Shown: piece by piece, positions 25,700 through 38,944 of the stretch | Position numbering within the stretch: the first letter of the stretch is position 1 | Layout of the letters: every line of letters begins with the position of its first letter | Source: Octopus vulgaris | Taxonomy: Eukaryota | Direction of reading: 5' to 3' | DNA: 64,000 nt | Assembly (NCBI GenBank): GCA_951406725.2 | Contig: OX597827.1 | Coordinates: 78,182,001-78,246,000 of the forward strand | Translations under genes and position numbers: made by a program | The notes under the pieces: model-generated | Databases searched by the model: none | Seen by the model: the letters and a program-made list of their open reading frames with translations, nothing else | What the model was told of the DNA's origin: nothing

Positions 25700-26260
25700 G
25701 AACGTGTATAGCTGCGTTGTGAATTTATATATGTGTACAGGTGTGTTTGTAATTATAGGTAAAAATATTGTACATTTCTCTGTGTTTTGTCTGTGTAATT
25801 GTATGTAAAAGATGTGTGTGTGTGTGTGGGGGGAATATATACACACACACAATGTCTGTGTGTAGGAAATATATACAGCTGTGTGTATAGTCTCAGCATG
25901 TATATAAAGGTACCTGTATACACTTGTGTATTATATTCTTTTGTGTGTGTGTGTGTGTTACATATAACTATGTCATTATTGGTATATGTTAGAAGTGTAT
26001 ATATATTTGTATATTTATATATGAATTTGCATTTGTGAATGTGTGTATATACACACATACATATGTATACACCACACTAGCACAAACACACCATCCCCTT
26101 TTATGCCCACTTCCACACAGATTCACACTTGCCTACGTATCCCCTCACTTGCTCCTTCCTCCTTTCTTATTCCCCCACCCCCACCTCATCAAACAGCATT
26201 CCCTTCTTGACCCACTTTTTCACTGACTCTTTCTTTCTTACTCCCCCTTACCCCTCTTTT

Positions 26261-26299
26261 CCTTTTTCTGATGAAGGACTATTGTCCAAAACATTAAGG
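26261..26299 (+). ncRNA. Decayed hammerhead motif at the end of a pyrimidine-rich Penelope-like fragment
   Basis: TTTT-CTGATGA-A-GGAC(TATT)GTCC-AAAACATT-AAGG. GAAACG has become AAAACA, consistent with CpG decay. Confidence 0.5.
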
Positions 26300-26518
26300 C
26301 ACTTTCTCTTTGCACTAAAGCTGAAATCTTATTTGTCAAACTTGGTTTTTTCTTCCTCTATTGTTATTTCTAATGTGAACACACACACATTTAATGATTA
26401 GTGGCTGTTGCATGTCTAGATCTGTTATGTTCCTGGAGAATTCATCATCAAGCAGAACAGCTATAGTTGATTAGTCCTTTATATATAAGTTCTGTGCTTA
26501 AGAGTGTCAAAATATTAA

Positions 26519-26591
26519 CATTTGTGGGCATGTTCAAGAGGCCAGATGATTGGCATTTGTGGGCATGTTCAAGAGGCCAGGTGATTGGCAT
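26519..26591. repeat. 35-bp tandem duplication
   Basis: CATTTGTGGGCATGTTCAAGAGGCCAG(A/G)TGATTGG twice, one mismatch. Confidence 0.9.
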
Positions 26592-27344
26592 GTGTTGTGG
26601 CCATGGTCAACTGGTTGGTAAAAGAATTTAATAGAGTACTAATGCCACAACAATTTCTTATTGTTTTATTCGCTGAGGCATGAAGAAGGAGCAGAGCCCA
26701 TGACCTTTTTGGGTCTTCCAAGACTGGTGAGTTTCATGGTCTTCGTTGTTTTGTATAAATTGTTGCAAGACAATAGCGACAGGAAAGACACGGACAGAGA
26801 GAAGATTCCAGTGGGATGATGCTGTGGTGAGAAAGGACTGTGCATGGTGGTTAGTGTTAAAGTGGTGGGGTTGGAGGCAATAAGGGCAATGGGAGGAGGA
26901 AATACTCAGGAGTTACCTGAGTTGTGGAGGTATGAAACGAACCAGCTCCAAGAGACAGAAACCATTAAAGTGGGGGTCAAAAAGACAGAAAGAGGAGACA
27001 GCATGCCTGGGGGTGAGAAGTTGGGACGGCTCTAAAAATGAAAATAAAAAATATAGAAATAAGGAATATATAAGCAGGCATGGCTGCATGATTTGCACTT
27101 TGCTTCCCAGCCACAAGGTCACAAGGTTCCAGGTTCAGTCCCACTGAGTGGCACCTTGGGTAAGTGAATTCTGCTAAAGCTTTGGGCTGACTGAAGCTTT
27201 GTGAGTGAATCTGGTAGATGGAAACTGAAAGAAGCCCATTGTGTGTATCTTTGTATCTGTGTTTGTCCCCTCACCACAGGTTGACAACTTGACTGAAACA
27301 AATAAAAAAGATAAAGAAATAAATTAATGACTAATAAACACATA

Positions 27345-27870
27345 ACGAGATATATGAAAATATGAGTTAATGAAGGGTATTTGTAAAAGATATTTGGTCG
27401 GTTGTTGTATAATGGAGGTTGGAAGGGGTTGGAACTTCCAAGGAACCCAGTTAAGATCTTAGGTGAAATGGTTGGGGTTTGTAAAGAATTTGAAGTGATT
27501 TGGTTTTGGAGGCCATTGCTAATTGGAATGCAGAATTAGCCAAAGACAATAATTTTGGAATGGCGTTAAGGGAATTAAGACCAGGAGAGAAAACCCCTGA
27601 CAATGGTAAATGGAATTTAGTGTCATGGTTGGTTCAGCAAGGAAGGGTTCGTGTGGAAACAAGATTCAGCCATGCATGTAACACCCAGTTCTTTGTAGTC
27701 TGTAAATTCCCTTGGTGCAGAAACCATTATTTTGAAGCAGCACCTGCAAACTAATCCTTCAAGCTGATTCTTCCCAACTTTGCTGTAGTCATTAACACGA
27801 CTGAAACCTAGTATTGACTCGGTCCCTCCTTAATCATCACAAATTTCTATGAGTGGGAGACAAAGACCAT
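27345..27870 (-). pseudogene. Possible highly decayed Penelope-like ORF fragment
   Basis: Minus-strand LQVLLQNNGF resembles the L..NGYP motif after the PLE RT thumb. A similar relic lies at about 36640-36800. Weak evidence. Confidence 0.3.
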
Positions 27871-28250
27871 TGTAGCACCAGAGTTCTACTAATTCATAAT
27901 CCTTTCTACTATTGGGGGGAGGGGCGAATCAGTTATATCGACCCCAGTACTCAACTGGTACTTATTTTATCAACCCCGAAAGGATGAAGGGCATAGCCAA
28001 CTTTAGTGGAATTTGAACTCGGGACAATAAGCCAGAAGAAATACCACTTCACATTTTGTCTGGTGTGTTAATGATTCTGCCAGCTCACCACTTTTTAATA
28101 ATAATAATAATGCTAATAATAATCCCTTTCTACTGGAAGCCTCGACAAAACAGACCGATAGAATAAGTACAAGACTTGTTTGACTAAAAGCGGTTCTCCA
28201 GCATGGCCGCAGTCAAATGACTGAAACAAATAAAAGAATATATATACATA

Positions 28251-28645
28251 GGCGCAGGAGTGGCTGTGTGGTAAGTAGCTTGCTTACCAACCACATGGTT
28301 CCGGGTTCAGTCCCACTGCGTGGCATCTTGGGCAAGTGTCTTCTGCTATAGCCCCGGGCCGACCAAAGCCTTGTGAGTGGATTTGGTAGACGGAAACTGA
28401 AAGAAGCCTGTCGTATATATGTATGTGTGTGTGTGTTTGCGTGTCTGTGTTTGTCCCCCTAGCATTCCTTGACAACCGATGCTGGTGTGTTTACGTCCCC
28501 GTCACTTAGCGGTTCGGCAAAAGAGACCGATAGAATAAGTACTGGGCTTACAAAGAATAAGTCCTGGGGTCGATTTGCTCGACTAAAGGCGGTGCTCCAG
28601 CATGGCCGCAGTCAAATGACTGAAACAAGTAAAAGAGTAAAGAGT
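28251..28645 (+). mobile_element. Full-length tRNA-derived SINE (family A) with internal (TG)n
   Basis: Head GGCGCAGGAGTGGCTGTGTGGTAAG...GGTTCAGTCCC and tail GACTGAAACAAGTAAAAGAG. About 20 copies in the window, e.g. 20068-20480, 27075-27310, 50146-50530, 53671-54046 (+) and 36965-37400, 43610-43977, 44195-44500, 45735-46090, 58090-58435 (-). Confidence 0.9.
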
Positions 28646-28832
28646 ATACATACATACATACATATATATATATATATATTGTGTCTATCTCGATCTAACG
28701 AACTTGGCTCTCTCTCTCACTATATATATATATATATATATATAATAAACACATAAATGTGAAACAAGGTGGAAAAAAGAGTACTCAAATACCAGAGGTA
28801 GAGTAATATGCTTTACTTAAAAGCAGCAGAAA

Positions 28833-28892
28833 TTTAACAAAAGCTGTTACTCGGAGTTTCACGTTCCCGTTCGTCGGACAGTTTTGTTAAAA
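28833..28892 (-). ncRNA. Type I hammerhead ribozyme motif (Penelope-type), U4C core variant
   Basis: Minus strand reads CTGT-CCGACGA-ACG(GGAA)CGT-GAAA-CT(CCG)AG-TA-ACAG. Stems I, II and III all pair, the cleavage triplet is GUA, and stem I extends about 15 bp. Confidence 0.7.
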
Positions 28893-28897
28893 TAAAG

Positions 28898-28936
<39 letters not shown>

Positions 28937-29604
28937 ATGTATATGTTATCCTTCACAACATTGAAGAACCTTAGTGCAGGCCAGGTCAAAATTCGGTCTA
29001 CAGCCCCCAGTCGAGACCTCTCTCTCTCTCTCCCTCTTACTGAAAGTCCTGTTTGTTATCTGTCATCAACGTTAAGTACGAGGGAGGAAGGGAGGGAGGG
29101 AGTGGGAGACGAACAACACAGAATGTGGTGGTGGTGTTGGCGGCGGCGAGGGGATTTGAGTGTCAGAAGTAGAGAAGGATGCGGTGGAAGGAGGAGGAGG
29201 GGGAGGAATAACTTGTATCTTAAGCCGCCTCTGTGTGTGTGTGTGTGTAATAATTAGCTGGGGTCTTTTTTTTTGTATGGAAATGGAGGTTGTGTGTGTC
29301 TGTAATTTTCTCAAGTGTGTCTCTCTCTACGTGTTTGTGTGATTTTAGTGCATGAATGGCTGTGTCACAATATGTAACTGGATTCGTGTTGCTGTGAACT
29401 GGGGATTTTATCCCCTCCCTTTTTTGTTTTTCTTCTCCCTCTTTATTGTTTCTTCTGTGACTATTATAATTGGTTTTTGTGTCTCTTTGGTTCTGTGTAT
29501 GGCAGCCAAGAAGGAAGCCAGTTGTCCCTAACCAGAGCTAAATCTTAAACCGAGAGAGAGAGACAAGATTAATAGAGAGAGAGGAGGAGGAGGAGGGAGA
29601 GAGC

Positions 29605-29643
<39 letters not shown>

Positions 29644-30443
29644 CCTCCGATGACCAACTAAACTTTCGCCTCCCACCCTTCTTCTCCTCCTCCATCAACT
29701 GTTCAGACTCGAGAAATCAGGACATCCATTGATAAAAATAAATAATAATAATAATAATACATGGATTATCTTTTGTCTTGCAGTTCTCTCTCTCTCTCTC
29801 TCTCTTTCTATCTCTCTTTCTCCCTCTCTGTCTCTCTCTCTCTCGTGGTGGTGCTGCTGATGGTGGCGGGGATGGTGGCGGTGGAGCTGTTTGTGGCAGC
29901 GATGAAGCTGATGGGGGTGTTGGCGATGATAATGTGGTGGTGGTAGCGGCGGCGGCGGTGATGCTGGTGGTGGTGGAGTTGGTGGTTGGTGTCTCGAGGT
30001 GGTGGTTGTAAACGTTGAAATTTGGTGGCTGTTGTTTTGGTTAGTGATGTTTGTGGGGGGGGTTTGCCTTGATGTGGCGGTGGCGGCGGCTATTATGTTT
30101 TTCTTGTTGATTAGCCCCAAGTCAGCCCCGATCGAGCTGTCGTTCTATGATCAAGAGCGGTCTTGCCATGACCATCCCCTTTTTATCCTTTGTGTCCTTT
30201 TTGTATTATGACAGTAAGGTGTTATTTTAGGGAAATTTGGCTGTTATTTCTAGCACATTTCACTGCATAGTAGTGGTGATTGGTTGTGTATAGATTTGAT
30301 GATGGTGGCGAAGGCGGGATAATCGTGATGCTAGCTTCCTTGTGTATATCTATCTCTCTATCACCACCCTCTCATATCTCTCTGCTTTTCTCTCTTTTTC
30401 TCTCTCTCTCTCTATCCATCTATCTATCTATTCATTTATCTAT

Positions 30444-30521
<78 letters not shown>

Positions 30522-31112
30522 ATATGTACACCGGAGTAAGCACAAATATATATGTATATATAAATACACACACACACACACACACACGTATGCATGTATA
30601 TATACAGATATGCGTGTGTGTGTGTGTGTGTTGGAATACAAACCCTGTAAATGTGCCATCGTTTCAAATCTCACGAGTTTCTTCAACTGTGTTCCTAAGA
30701 CCCTGAAGAAAGTCACGAGACATGAAACGATAATCCCTGCACAGATATCGTTTATAGTCAAAATAAAATGATTCTATTTCTGAAAGGTAGACTAATCTAT
30801 ATCTATCTCTCCTTCTATCTGTATGTGTGTGTGTGTGTGATAATAGTCTGTGCGTATTTAGATTTAAGGATATTGTTTAGAGTATATTTATATGTCTTGA
30901 TAAGACATGTGTGCATATATAGTTGTAAGGACATTCTTTGAAGTGTACATGTATGTATGTATACATATTTGTGTTTAGCACCGAAATCATAATGACTCTG
31001 GATGAAAACACGGCTGATGATATGGTTTTATCCGTACCTGTTTATTGTCTTTTTTGTTCTCGGTCAAGTCTTTCACTACAATTTTCATTTACACACACAC
31101 ACACACACACAC

Positions 31113-31985
31113 CTACAAGGTTTTATCAGAAAATTTCTAGACTGCCCATGCTGTGATTGTACTGTAGGAAAATATGTGAATCTGACCATCATTGCTGCCA
31201 TATCCCTGTGCCAGCCTGCAAACATGCTTTATGCGCTCTGCCTGTGTTTGATTATCACACAAGGTTCTTAACGGTGTTGTTTTAGAAGAATTCTACTTTT
31301 TGTACTATTTTTATAATACATGACAATTTGAGCAATGTTGCCTGCATCATTTGTATGAAGTTGAACGAATCTACTACAGGAACCCTTGAAATGCTTCAGC
31401 AGTGTCTTGGCCGACATCCGTTAGGTGAAACACAGCCTTTGGGGTTTTATGTGTATTTCAAGGTTGACTGAAGGGTTGATCCAAGTTGTTAAGTGTTCAG
31501 AGTGAGTAACCATGATCAAAAAAGTTAGAAAATAAGGAAAAAAATTTCATCTCATCCTTGAGGACTATTGTTGATTTCCTGGAGTCTGCCAGGAAATTCC
31601 CTCGGGAAACCTAAACATCCATCATGTTACACCAAAGTTTATCTCCCAGCAGTTCTTCCACACCCTCCATATTTGCCTAACTTATTCCTCTGTGGCTGTT
31701 CTGTGATTCCCAAAGTGAAATTGAAACTGAAGTGATGCCACCTAGAAATGATGGATGAAATTCTTAGGGAACTGCAGGGGGTATTTGGTGACCTTCAGCA
31801 ACAATACTTCCGCATTGTTTTGGAGTTATCAAAGCCATGCTGGGCTTATCGTGTATATTCCCAAGGGGACCATTTTGAAGGGAACGATACATCACAATAA
31901 ATGATAGAGGAAATGTATTATTTACTGGAGAGATGTTGCAGTTTTTCTTTAGGCCTCACTGGGAAAATTTCTGATTCCACTTTAT
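31113..31985 (+). pseudogene. Internally deleted, decayed mariner element
   Basis: TLEMLQQC, LPHPPYLPNL...PKVKLKLK (about HPPYSPDL..FPKLK) and QGDHFEG peptides. Decayed TIRs ATCAGAAAATTT / AATTTCTGAT. Confidence 0.7.
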
Positions 31986-32387
31986 GTGTTTGTGTGTGAG
32001 GAAGAGAGTATCACCACCACCATCATCATCATCATCATTATTTAGTATTTGTTTCTCATGTTGGCATGGGTTGATATGGTGTGTGTGTGTGTGTGTGTGT
32101 AAATAGATCAGAGACAGAAAATGAGATTATTCATGTAGTTCTTTATTCAAATCCACTTCAGTTGTTTTGATAAGCACATGCATTACTACTGATGTTAACA
32201 TCAGGTAGCCAATAAATGTGGAAGTGCTTTACACAGCATCCTTCAAGGTTTATATCCAAATATAATTAGAATTTTAACTATATATATGGTGAATCCAAGC
32301 AAAGAAGAACCAACAAGAAAAAACAACAACGTGAGGACTTGACACAAGTACTGTAATATTAGATTCTCAGGAAAGGAAAGAAAGAGG

Positions 32388-32422
32388 ATTTTATGTTTCA
32401 AGCAAAGCTCTTCTTCAGAATT
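32388..32422 (-). ncRNA. Minimal hammerhead motif (same family as 17685-17719)
   Basis: Minus strand reads AATT-CTGAAGA-A-GAGC(TTT)GCTT-GAAACATA-AAAT. Flank 32288-32387 resembles 17597-17684. Confidence 0.55.
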
Positions 32423-32514
32423 AGAGGAAAGTTAAAAAATTTGGTTACATTTTGAAATGACTGGAAGGGAACGGACGAAGAAAAAGTTCTTTCTAAGACA
32501 GGAGAGTGTGTAAT

Positions 32515-32535
32515 ATATATATGTGTGTGTGTATT

Positions 32536-32630
<95 letters not shown>

Positions 32631-32660
32631 ATTTGTGTATGCGTATATGTATGTATGTAT
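32515..32660. repeat. Long (TA)n/(TG)n compound microsatellite (representative of dozens)
   Basis: Directly visible. Similar tracts at 5700-5855, 7745-8010, 9200-9520, 52670-52815 and 62140-62580. Confidence 0.95.
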
Positions 32661-33197
32661 TTGAGGTGCAGTCATTGCTTTGTGGTTAGAAGTTTATTTC
32701 CCAATCACATGGTTTCAGGCTCAGTCCCACTGTGTGGCACCTTGGGCAAGTGATTTCTGCTAAAAGCCCTTTCATGACCAAAGCCTTGTGAGTGGATTTG
32801 GTAGATGGGAACTGAAGCCCATTGTGTGTGTGTGTGTGTGTGCATATATATATACACACACAATGCTCGAAATGAGGAGTAGATGGACACCCGACAACTG
32901 ATGAAGGGTCGTTCTTTGTGTTACTTGTCCTGTTTTTTATTTGTTTCTCTCGTTCTTTATGTATTGAACTCTTTTGTTTTCATTTTCATGTTTACTGTTT
33001 GTGATGTCCTGTACCCACATATGCATGTATATATATTGTATATATGCAGCAGTGTTGAGTCTGTTCCTTCTGGTGCAGGGGATTCGCCTGCAAGAGTCCT
33101 CTGCCAGTCTCACATGAAGCCAGATCTATGAGAAACTACTTCTTAATGGTATTCATTTTGAAAAGCACCCAGTACGCTCTTTAAAGCAGTTAGCATT

Positions 33198-34091
33198 CAG
33201 TGGCAGCTCGTGTATAGGCCCTGCAGAACTGCAGCACCCCCTATTTCCACTCAATATTATCGATAACATTCAATATAATGAGTCCTTTTTTTCTTTAATT
33301 CTCTCTTTATTCTTGTACATTATATAATCCTTAAGCTTAATGACAGTAGCCATCCCCTCATTTATGAAAAAAATACAAAATCCTTGTATAGGACTGTGCA
33401 CTTCACAGTTCCAGTGACGCGGTGTTGTGCACATGCTCTGAGATAGGAAGCTTCACACTAGGGAAAGAGAGCACTGTCGTTCATGCAGTGCTGACCCTTG
33501 TGTGCTGGTGAAAGGTAGTGTTTCTTTTTGGCTCCATGTGTGTTGTGCTTAAGAATGTGTTTATATTCTTGAATGTCATAAAGTGTAGAATTAAATTATT
33601 TTCCTTTCCCCCTCTCTCTCTCAAACAGATAATCCTTTTGTTACCAACAGAGGAAATAACTCCTTGAACTTTTTCCGTCCTCTTATTATTCTGGTCACTG
33701 TACCTCTTGTAACCCCATCCTGTGTAGCTATTTAGGACTCCTACATAACAGAAACCATCAACAACCTCTGTGGAGTTTTTAAAGTTTATGTAAGAATTGA
33801 TTTTACTGGTGCTCTACCAACTAACAACTAAATGTGTTGCTGCCAGGATTTGAAAAATAGGGCACATGTCCCCCACTGTATTTTGTGATTTAGGGGGGAT
33901 TTTTGAAAAACAAGGGGGAATTTGCAGTGATGTTCAGTGAACAAATTAAACACACTCCTTGGCAGTGAACCGGTCAAGTTTATGTATAAATTTTCTTTTT
34001 ACGTTTATTTCCTTTTACACAATATTAAAACAATGGCTAAAAATTCTCTGAAGCAGAACCCCCCACTAATTTTATCTACAAGCTGCCACTG
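33198..34091. mobile_element. Non-autonomous hAT-like DNA transposon inserted into an RTE tail
   Basis: TIRs CAGTGGCAGCTCGT / ACAAGCTGCCACTG and 8-bp flanks TTAGCATT / TTGACATT. The RTE tail continues on both sides. Confidence 0.8.
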
Positions 34092-35436
34092 TTGACATTA
34101 TTAAGGGCATCCAGTGGTAGAAATCATGCCCAGAACAGACTATGGAACCTAGTGTGGCTCTTGGCCTTGCCATCTCTTCTTAAACCATCAAACCCATGCT
34201 AGCATGGAAAATGGACATTAACCCTTTAGCATTTAAACCGGCCATATCTGACCAAAAGTATTCTGCCTGTTTTATGTTCAAACTGGCCAGATCTGGTCTC
34301 TCACACCAGCCCTACAATGTCGTTTTAAAAATTAACAGCTACCTCATCAAAATCTCATAGCTACAAGATAATGCATGATTAGTTCAGAACAATGTAGATG
34401 GAGAGGCATTAATTTTGGTAGAATAATGCGAACACTAAAGAGGTAAATGGTGATGATGATAATGATGAGGATAATGAAGATGATTCACCGGGGAGTTCTT
34501 GCCTTTGAGAAATTTTAGATAAACCCTATTGTTGAGCCATAACCCAGCAAACGATGTGTGTCCATCACTTTCCTTCTTATTCAAGGATAGAAAATACTTC
34601 ATCCCAGCCAACAATTCGTAAATTCCTTTACAAGGCTCAAGGGAAACCCCACAATAGAATGCTGCTACCACATTTGGGGAGGGTGGTGCTGCTTCTATGC
34701 ATATTTACACACACAAACACACACACTCACAGACCACTTGCACACCATAAACACCTGAAATCACACCCAAATAATTAGGAATCGACTGATCCGTGTGAAG
34801 GTGCTTGCTACAACACTCCCAACCTCTTCCCCTCCTTCCCAGACATGCTGTGTCTCCTCACTCTGTCCAGTCTACCACTACTAAAGAGGCCTCTGATCCT
34901 CTTCAAACCTAACCCATTTCATACCTATTTCTTTACTACCCACAAGGGGCGAAACACAGAGGGGACAAACAAGGACAGACAAACGGATTAAGTCAATTAC
35001 ATTGATCCTAGGGCGTAACTGGTACTTATTTAATCGACCCCGAAAAGATGATAGGCAAAGTTGACCTCAGTGGAATTTGAACTCAGAACGTAGCGGCAGA
35101 CGAAATACCACTAAGCATCTCGCCCGGCGTGCTAACGATTCTGCTAGTTCGCCGCCTTCAACCCATTTCATACCATTGCAACTCAGCAACACCCAACTCG
35201 CTCATCTTTCCTCCCCTTCCTCTCACCATCACTACCAGGACAACACCAACCACTATGCCCTATCTTTCTTCTCCAGAATGCCCTCCCACTGAAATTTCCT
35301 CCCTGCTTATATTTTGACCTGGAGATGTTTAACCCTTTTGTCTTGAGCTTACCCAGTCAAATGTAATGCTTCTCTATTCACATTGTTTAGAATTTATTCT
35401 GCATTATATTGTAACCTTCACATCCTGATGATGTGA

Positions 35437-35805
35437 TTATCACCTCTGCCTTAGCGAAGGCAGGGGTATTGTTTTCAGTTGTGTTTGTTTGTTTGTCCAT
35501 GGACAAGATATCTCAAGAACTGCTGGATGGATTCGGGTGAAACTTTCAGGGATGTTTGGCCTCATGACTGGCACAAACTGATTAGATTTTGGGACCGATC
35601 CAGTATCGGACAAGGATTCTGGATTATTTTTCCAGTTTTTTTTTTTTATTTTTGAGAGTGGTCAGGTTCATTTTTGGTATTCTCGTTTGTGAGAGCAATC
35701 GAGTTTATTTCAGATATTCTCATTTTAAAAATCATCTCTGGCTAATCGTCGAGAGGATGTTGGTGTTGCCTGGGCAGAGGTTTTTACACTCTGAGTGCTT
35801 TTGTT
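35437..35805 (+). mobile_element. Helentron/DINE-like non-autonomous element nested in a piggyBac-like MITE
   Basis: Subterminal IRs ACCTCTGCC (35442) / GGCAGAGGT (35773), a 5' short IR, a (GTTT)n microsatellite, 3' hairpin CACTCTGAGTG and T-rich ends. Confidence 0.75.
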
Positions 35806-37399
35806 CCCAATCTTTAAAATGACATTTTAGCATAGGTAGGAAAGGCCAGATCTGGCCAGTTTGAACATAGGGCAAGTAGAATATTTTGGCTGGATCTGGC
35901 CAGATTAAATGCTAAAGGGTTAAGTGGAACATTGGTAGCTGGTTACCGTGGTTAGGTGGAGGGCTTGGACGACCATGGGCACAACCAGCACAACCACTTC
36001 CTCCTGAACAAATCAATGTAAACAATCAATAACTATGGGATGTAGTGGGGGTGGGGTGGGGGGTCACGGGTTGTTGATGGTAGGGGTGGGGGTGAGCATA
36101 GACTTTATATATGGCAGATGTCTCAATGTTGTTCACAATGCACGTTAAATATGTCTGTTTTAAACCTCAGAAGGGACCTGAGAAGTAATTGATACTTTCT
36201 CTGACTGAGAGTCAAAGTGGATGTTCAGAGAATATAGTATCATCGTCGTCGTTGTCGTCATCATCACAACATTGTCATCGTCATCATCATTTACCGTCTG
36301 TTTTCCATGGGTTGGATGGTTCGATAGGAGCTGGCAAACCAGGGGATGCCCTTCCTAATGCCAACCACTTTACAGGGGGTACTGGGTGCTTTTTGTGTAG
36401 CACTGGCACTAGTGAAGTTACCAAGTAACTCGGAAGAGCCCTCCCCCCCTGCCACCACTCAGCTTGGGGGGCAAGGTAGCATAGTATTGAAGGGGGTGGT
36501 TTAATACCAACTGATGAGAGGATATATAGTATGATGGGGGACAGGAACAGGTGTCGGCTGATTGTATGGGAGACACTTGGTTACCTCAATTAGAAAAGAA
36601 GGCAGGTGGTGGTGGTGGTGGTGGTGGTGATGTGTCATGAGGAACCCTTGAGTTATAGGAATGGAAAAGAGAAGGGAAGTGGTAGGGGAGGTAGGTCAGT
36701 TTGTGGGAGGGGTGAGTGGCACATGGATAGAGGTGGAGGCAAAGTCAGAGACGAATATCCGTGGGAGCGAAAGGTGGAGCACGTAGGTGTGAGTCAGGGA
36801 AAGGATGAAAATTGGGTGGAAATAGTTCAGGGAGTTTTTGCTTCTGTTGGCAACAAGGGGCCTCTACCTCTGTTTTTCACTCTGATTAAAGGGAAGATTG
36901 TACAATGCTTGTAGATGATGTGTGATGTTGCCTGGTGGTGAAACATGGACAGGGAATCTTCTATCTTCTACATGTTTCAGTCATTAGACTGCGGCCATGC
37001 TGGGGCACTGCCTTGAAGACCTGTTAGTTGAATGAATCGACCTCCGTACTTATTGTATTTTTTTTAAAGCTTGGTACTTATTCTATCGGTCTCTTTTATC
37101 AGACTGCTAAGTTATGGAGACATAAACCCAGCAACACCAGTTTTTAAGTGGTGGTGAGGGACAAACAGACACAAAGACACACACACATCTATATTTTTAT
37201 ATATATATATATACACATACATACATTCGAACACTTGCAATGGGCTTCTTTCAGTTTCCATCTACGAGATCCACTCACAAGGCTTTGTTCAGCCTGAGTT
37301 TAAAGTAAAAGGCATTTGCTCAAGGTACCATGCAGTGGAATTGAACCCAGAGCCATGTGGTTGGGAAGCAACCTTCTTACCGTGTAGCCATGTCCACAT

Positions 37400-38092
37400 C
37401 TATGCACACAGTGAATGCTGAGAATTTGTCAAAGCTTCAAAGAAATGAGGTGAGCATGCTCTGCTGGGTAAGCAGTGTTAGGGTGCATGAATGGTAGATC
37501 ACAAGTGGAGGCGCAATGGCCCAGTGGTTAGGGCAGCGAACTCGCGGTCGTAGGATCGCGGTTTTGATTCCCAGACCGGGCGTTGTGAGTGTTTATTGAG
37601 CGAAAACACCTAAAAGTTCCACAAGGCTCCTGCAGGGGATGGTGGTGATCCCTGCTGTACTCTTTCACCACAACTTTCTCTCACTCTTACTTCCTGTTTC
37701 TGCTGTACTTGTATTTCAAGGGGCCGGCCATGTCACTCTCTGTGTCACGCTGAATATCCCCGAGAATTACGTTAAGGGTACACGTGTCTGCGGAGTGCTC
37801 AGCCACTTACACGTTAATTTCACGAGCAGGCTGTTCCGTTGATCGGATCAACCGGAACTCTCATCGTCGTAACCGACGGAGTGCTTCCAAGGTAGATCCC
37901 AAACGAGCCAAGAGAAAAAAACTGGGTATAAGTGGAATCGGATGTGATGAAAGAAGATTGGTAAAGACATGAAGATGGATGTATAAAGAGGAGGACAGCT
38001 ATTTGAAGATGTGACGAGGGATCCGAGTGGATGGTTCTTGTGTGACAAGACCAATACCTGTCCAACTCATGAAAGCAAGGGAAAACGGATGT
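37400..38092 (+). pseudogene. Old RTE ORF2 C-terminal relic interrupted by a SINE
   Basis: KLQRNEVSMLCW before the SINE and RKKLGISGIGC after it, then a decayed RTE tail. Confidence 0.55.
37505..37890 (+). mobile_element. Full-length tRNA-derived SINE (family C) with 12-bp TSD
   Basis: Head GGAGGCGCAATGGCCCAGTGGTTAG. TSD GGTAGATC(A/C)CAA at 37493-37504 and 37891-37902. Confidence 0.9.
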
Positions 38093-38944
38093 CATGTGAG
38101 ATTGGAGCTGTTGAGTCCCTTTTCAGAAAAGCAAAATGGGAAGAGAAATTCAAAGGATCACTTTGGTTTAGAGATAGAATACCTCTCATGTATACTGTAG
38201 GTGTGGGTTCAATTCCCACCGGCAGCCTTCAACTTTTTCCATCCAATATTTACATGCACAAGGCAGCGAGCTGGCAGAAGCGTTAGCACGCCGGGTAAAA
38301 TGTTTGGTGGTATTTCGTCTATCTTTATGTTCTGAGTTCAAATCCCGCTGAGGTCGACTTTGCCTTTTATCCCTTCAGGGTCGATAAATTAAGTACCAGT
38401 TACATACTGGGGCCGATCTAATTGACTGGCCCCCTCCACAAAAATTTCGGGCCTTGTGCCTAGAATAGAAAAGAATGCTTAGCGGTATTTTGTCTGTCTG
38501 TGTTCTGAGTTCAAATTCTGCCGAGGTCGACTTTGCCTTTCATCTTTTCAGGGTCGATAAATTAAGTACCATTTACGTACTGGGGGTCGATCTAATTGAC
38601 CTTTGTATAAAACGCTCTCCCCTCCTCCCCCACAATCGGTACTGATCAAACTGACCCATGGTCAAAGACTCTCTACCTGTAACTGTCCTACCTGTCCAAC
38701 ATAGTATATCAAGGACTAAATTGTCCAGTGTGTTCGTCTCTTTTTAAGACAGTAGGATATGATATGTGAGAGATTTAGCTGCTATGTTTAGCACGTTTAG
38801 CCATGATTTACAGGTTCCCTGGTGCAAAAAGACAATCCTGTACAGCTAACACTTAACCTCGTCAAAAAATTTAATTAAGCAATAAGATAATGATTTTTCT
38901 CCTCCTCATTAAGGGTGTAGCTTTAATTATTCTTTTAGTCTTTT

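Noticed and set aside
29000-29720. Possible additional first exon
   Set aside because: Regulatory-looking unique sequence, but no convincing donor site or Inr; kept only as part of the CpG-retention observation.
32898-33045. CTGATGA followed by AGGG in a repeat also seen at about 9520-9610(-) and 55280-55450
   Set aside because: No matching GAAA or stem III nearby, so it cannot be called a hammerhead from this window.
37507-37580. tRNA-like sequences (also 1131-1197, 17495-17567, 28251-28325, 57709-57780)
   Set aside because: They have A/B boxes but no clean cloverleaf, and each continues into a SINE body; they are SINE heads, not tRNA genes.
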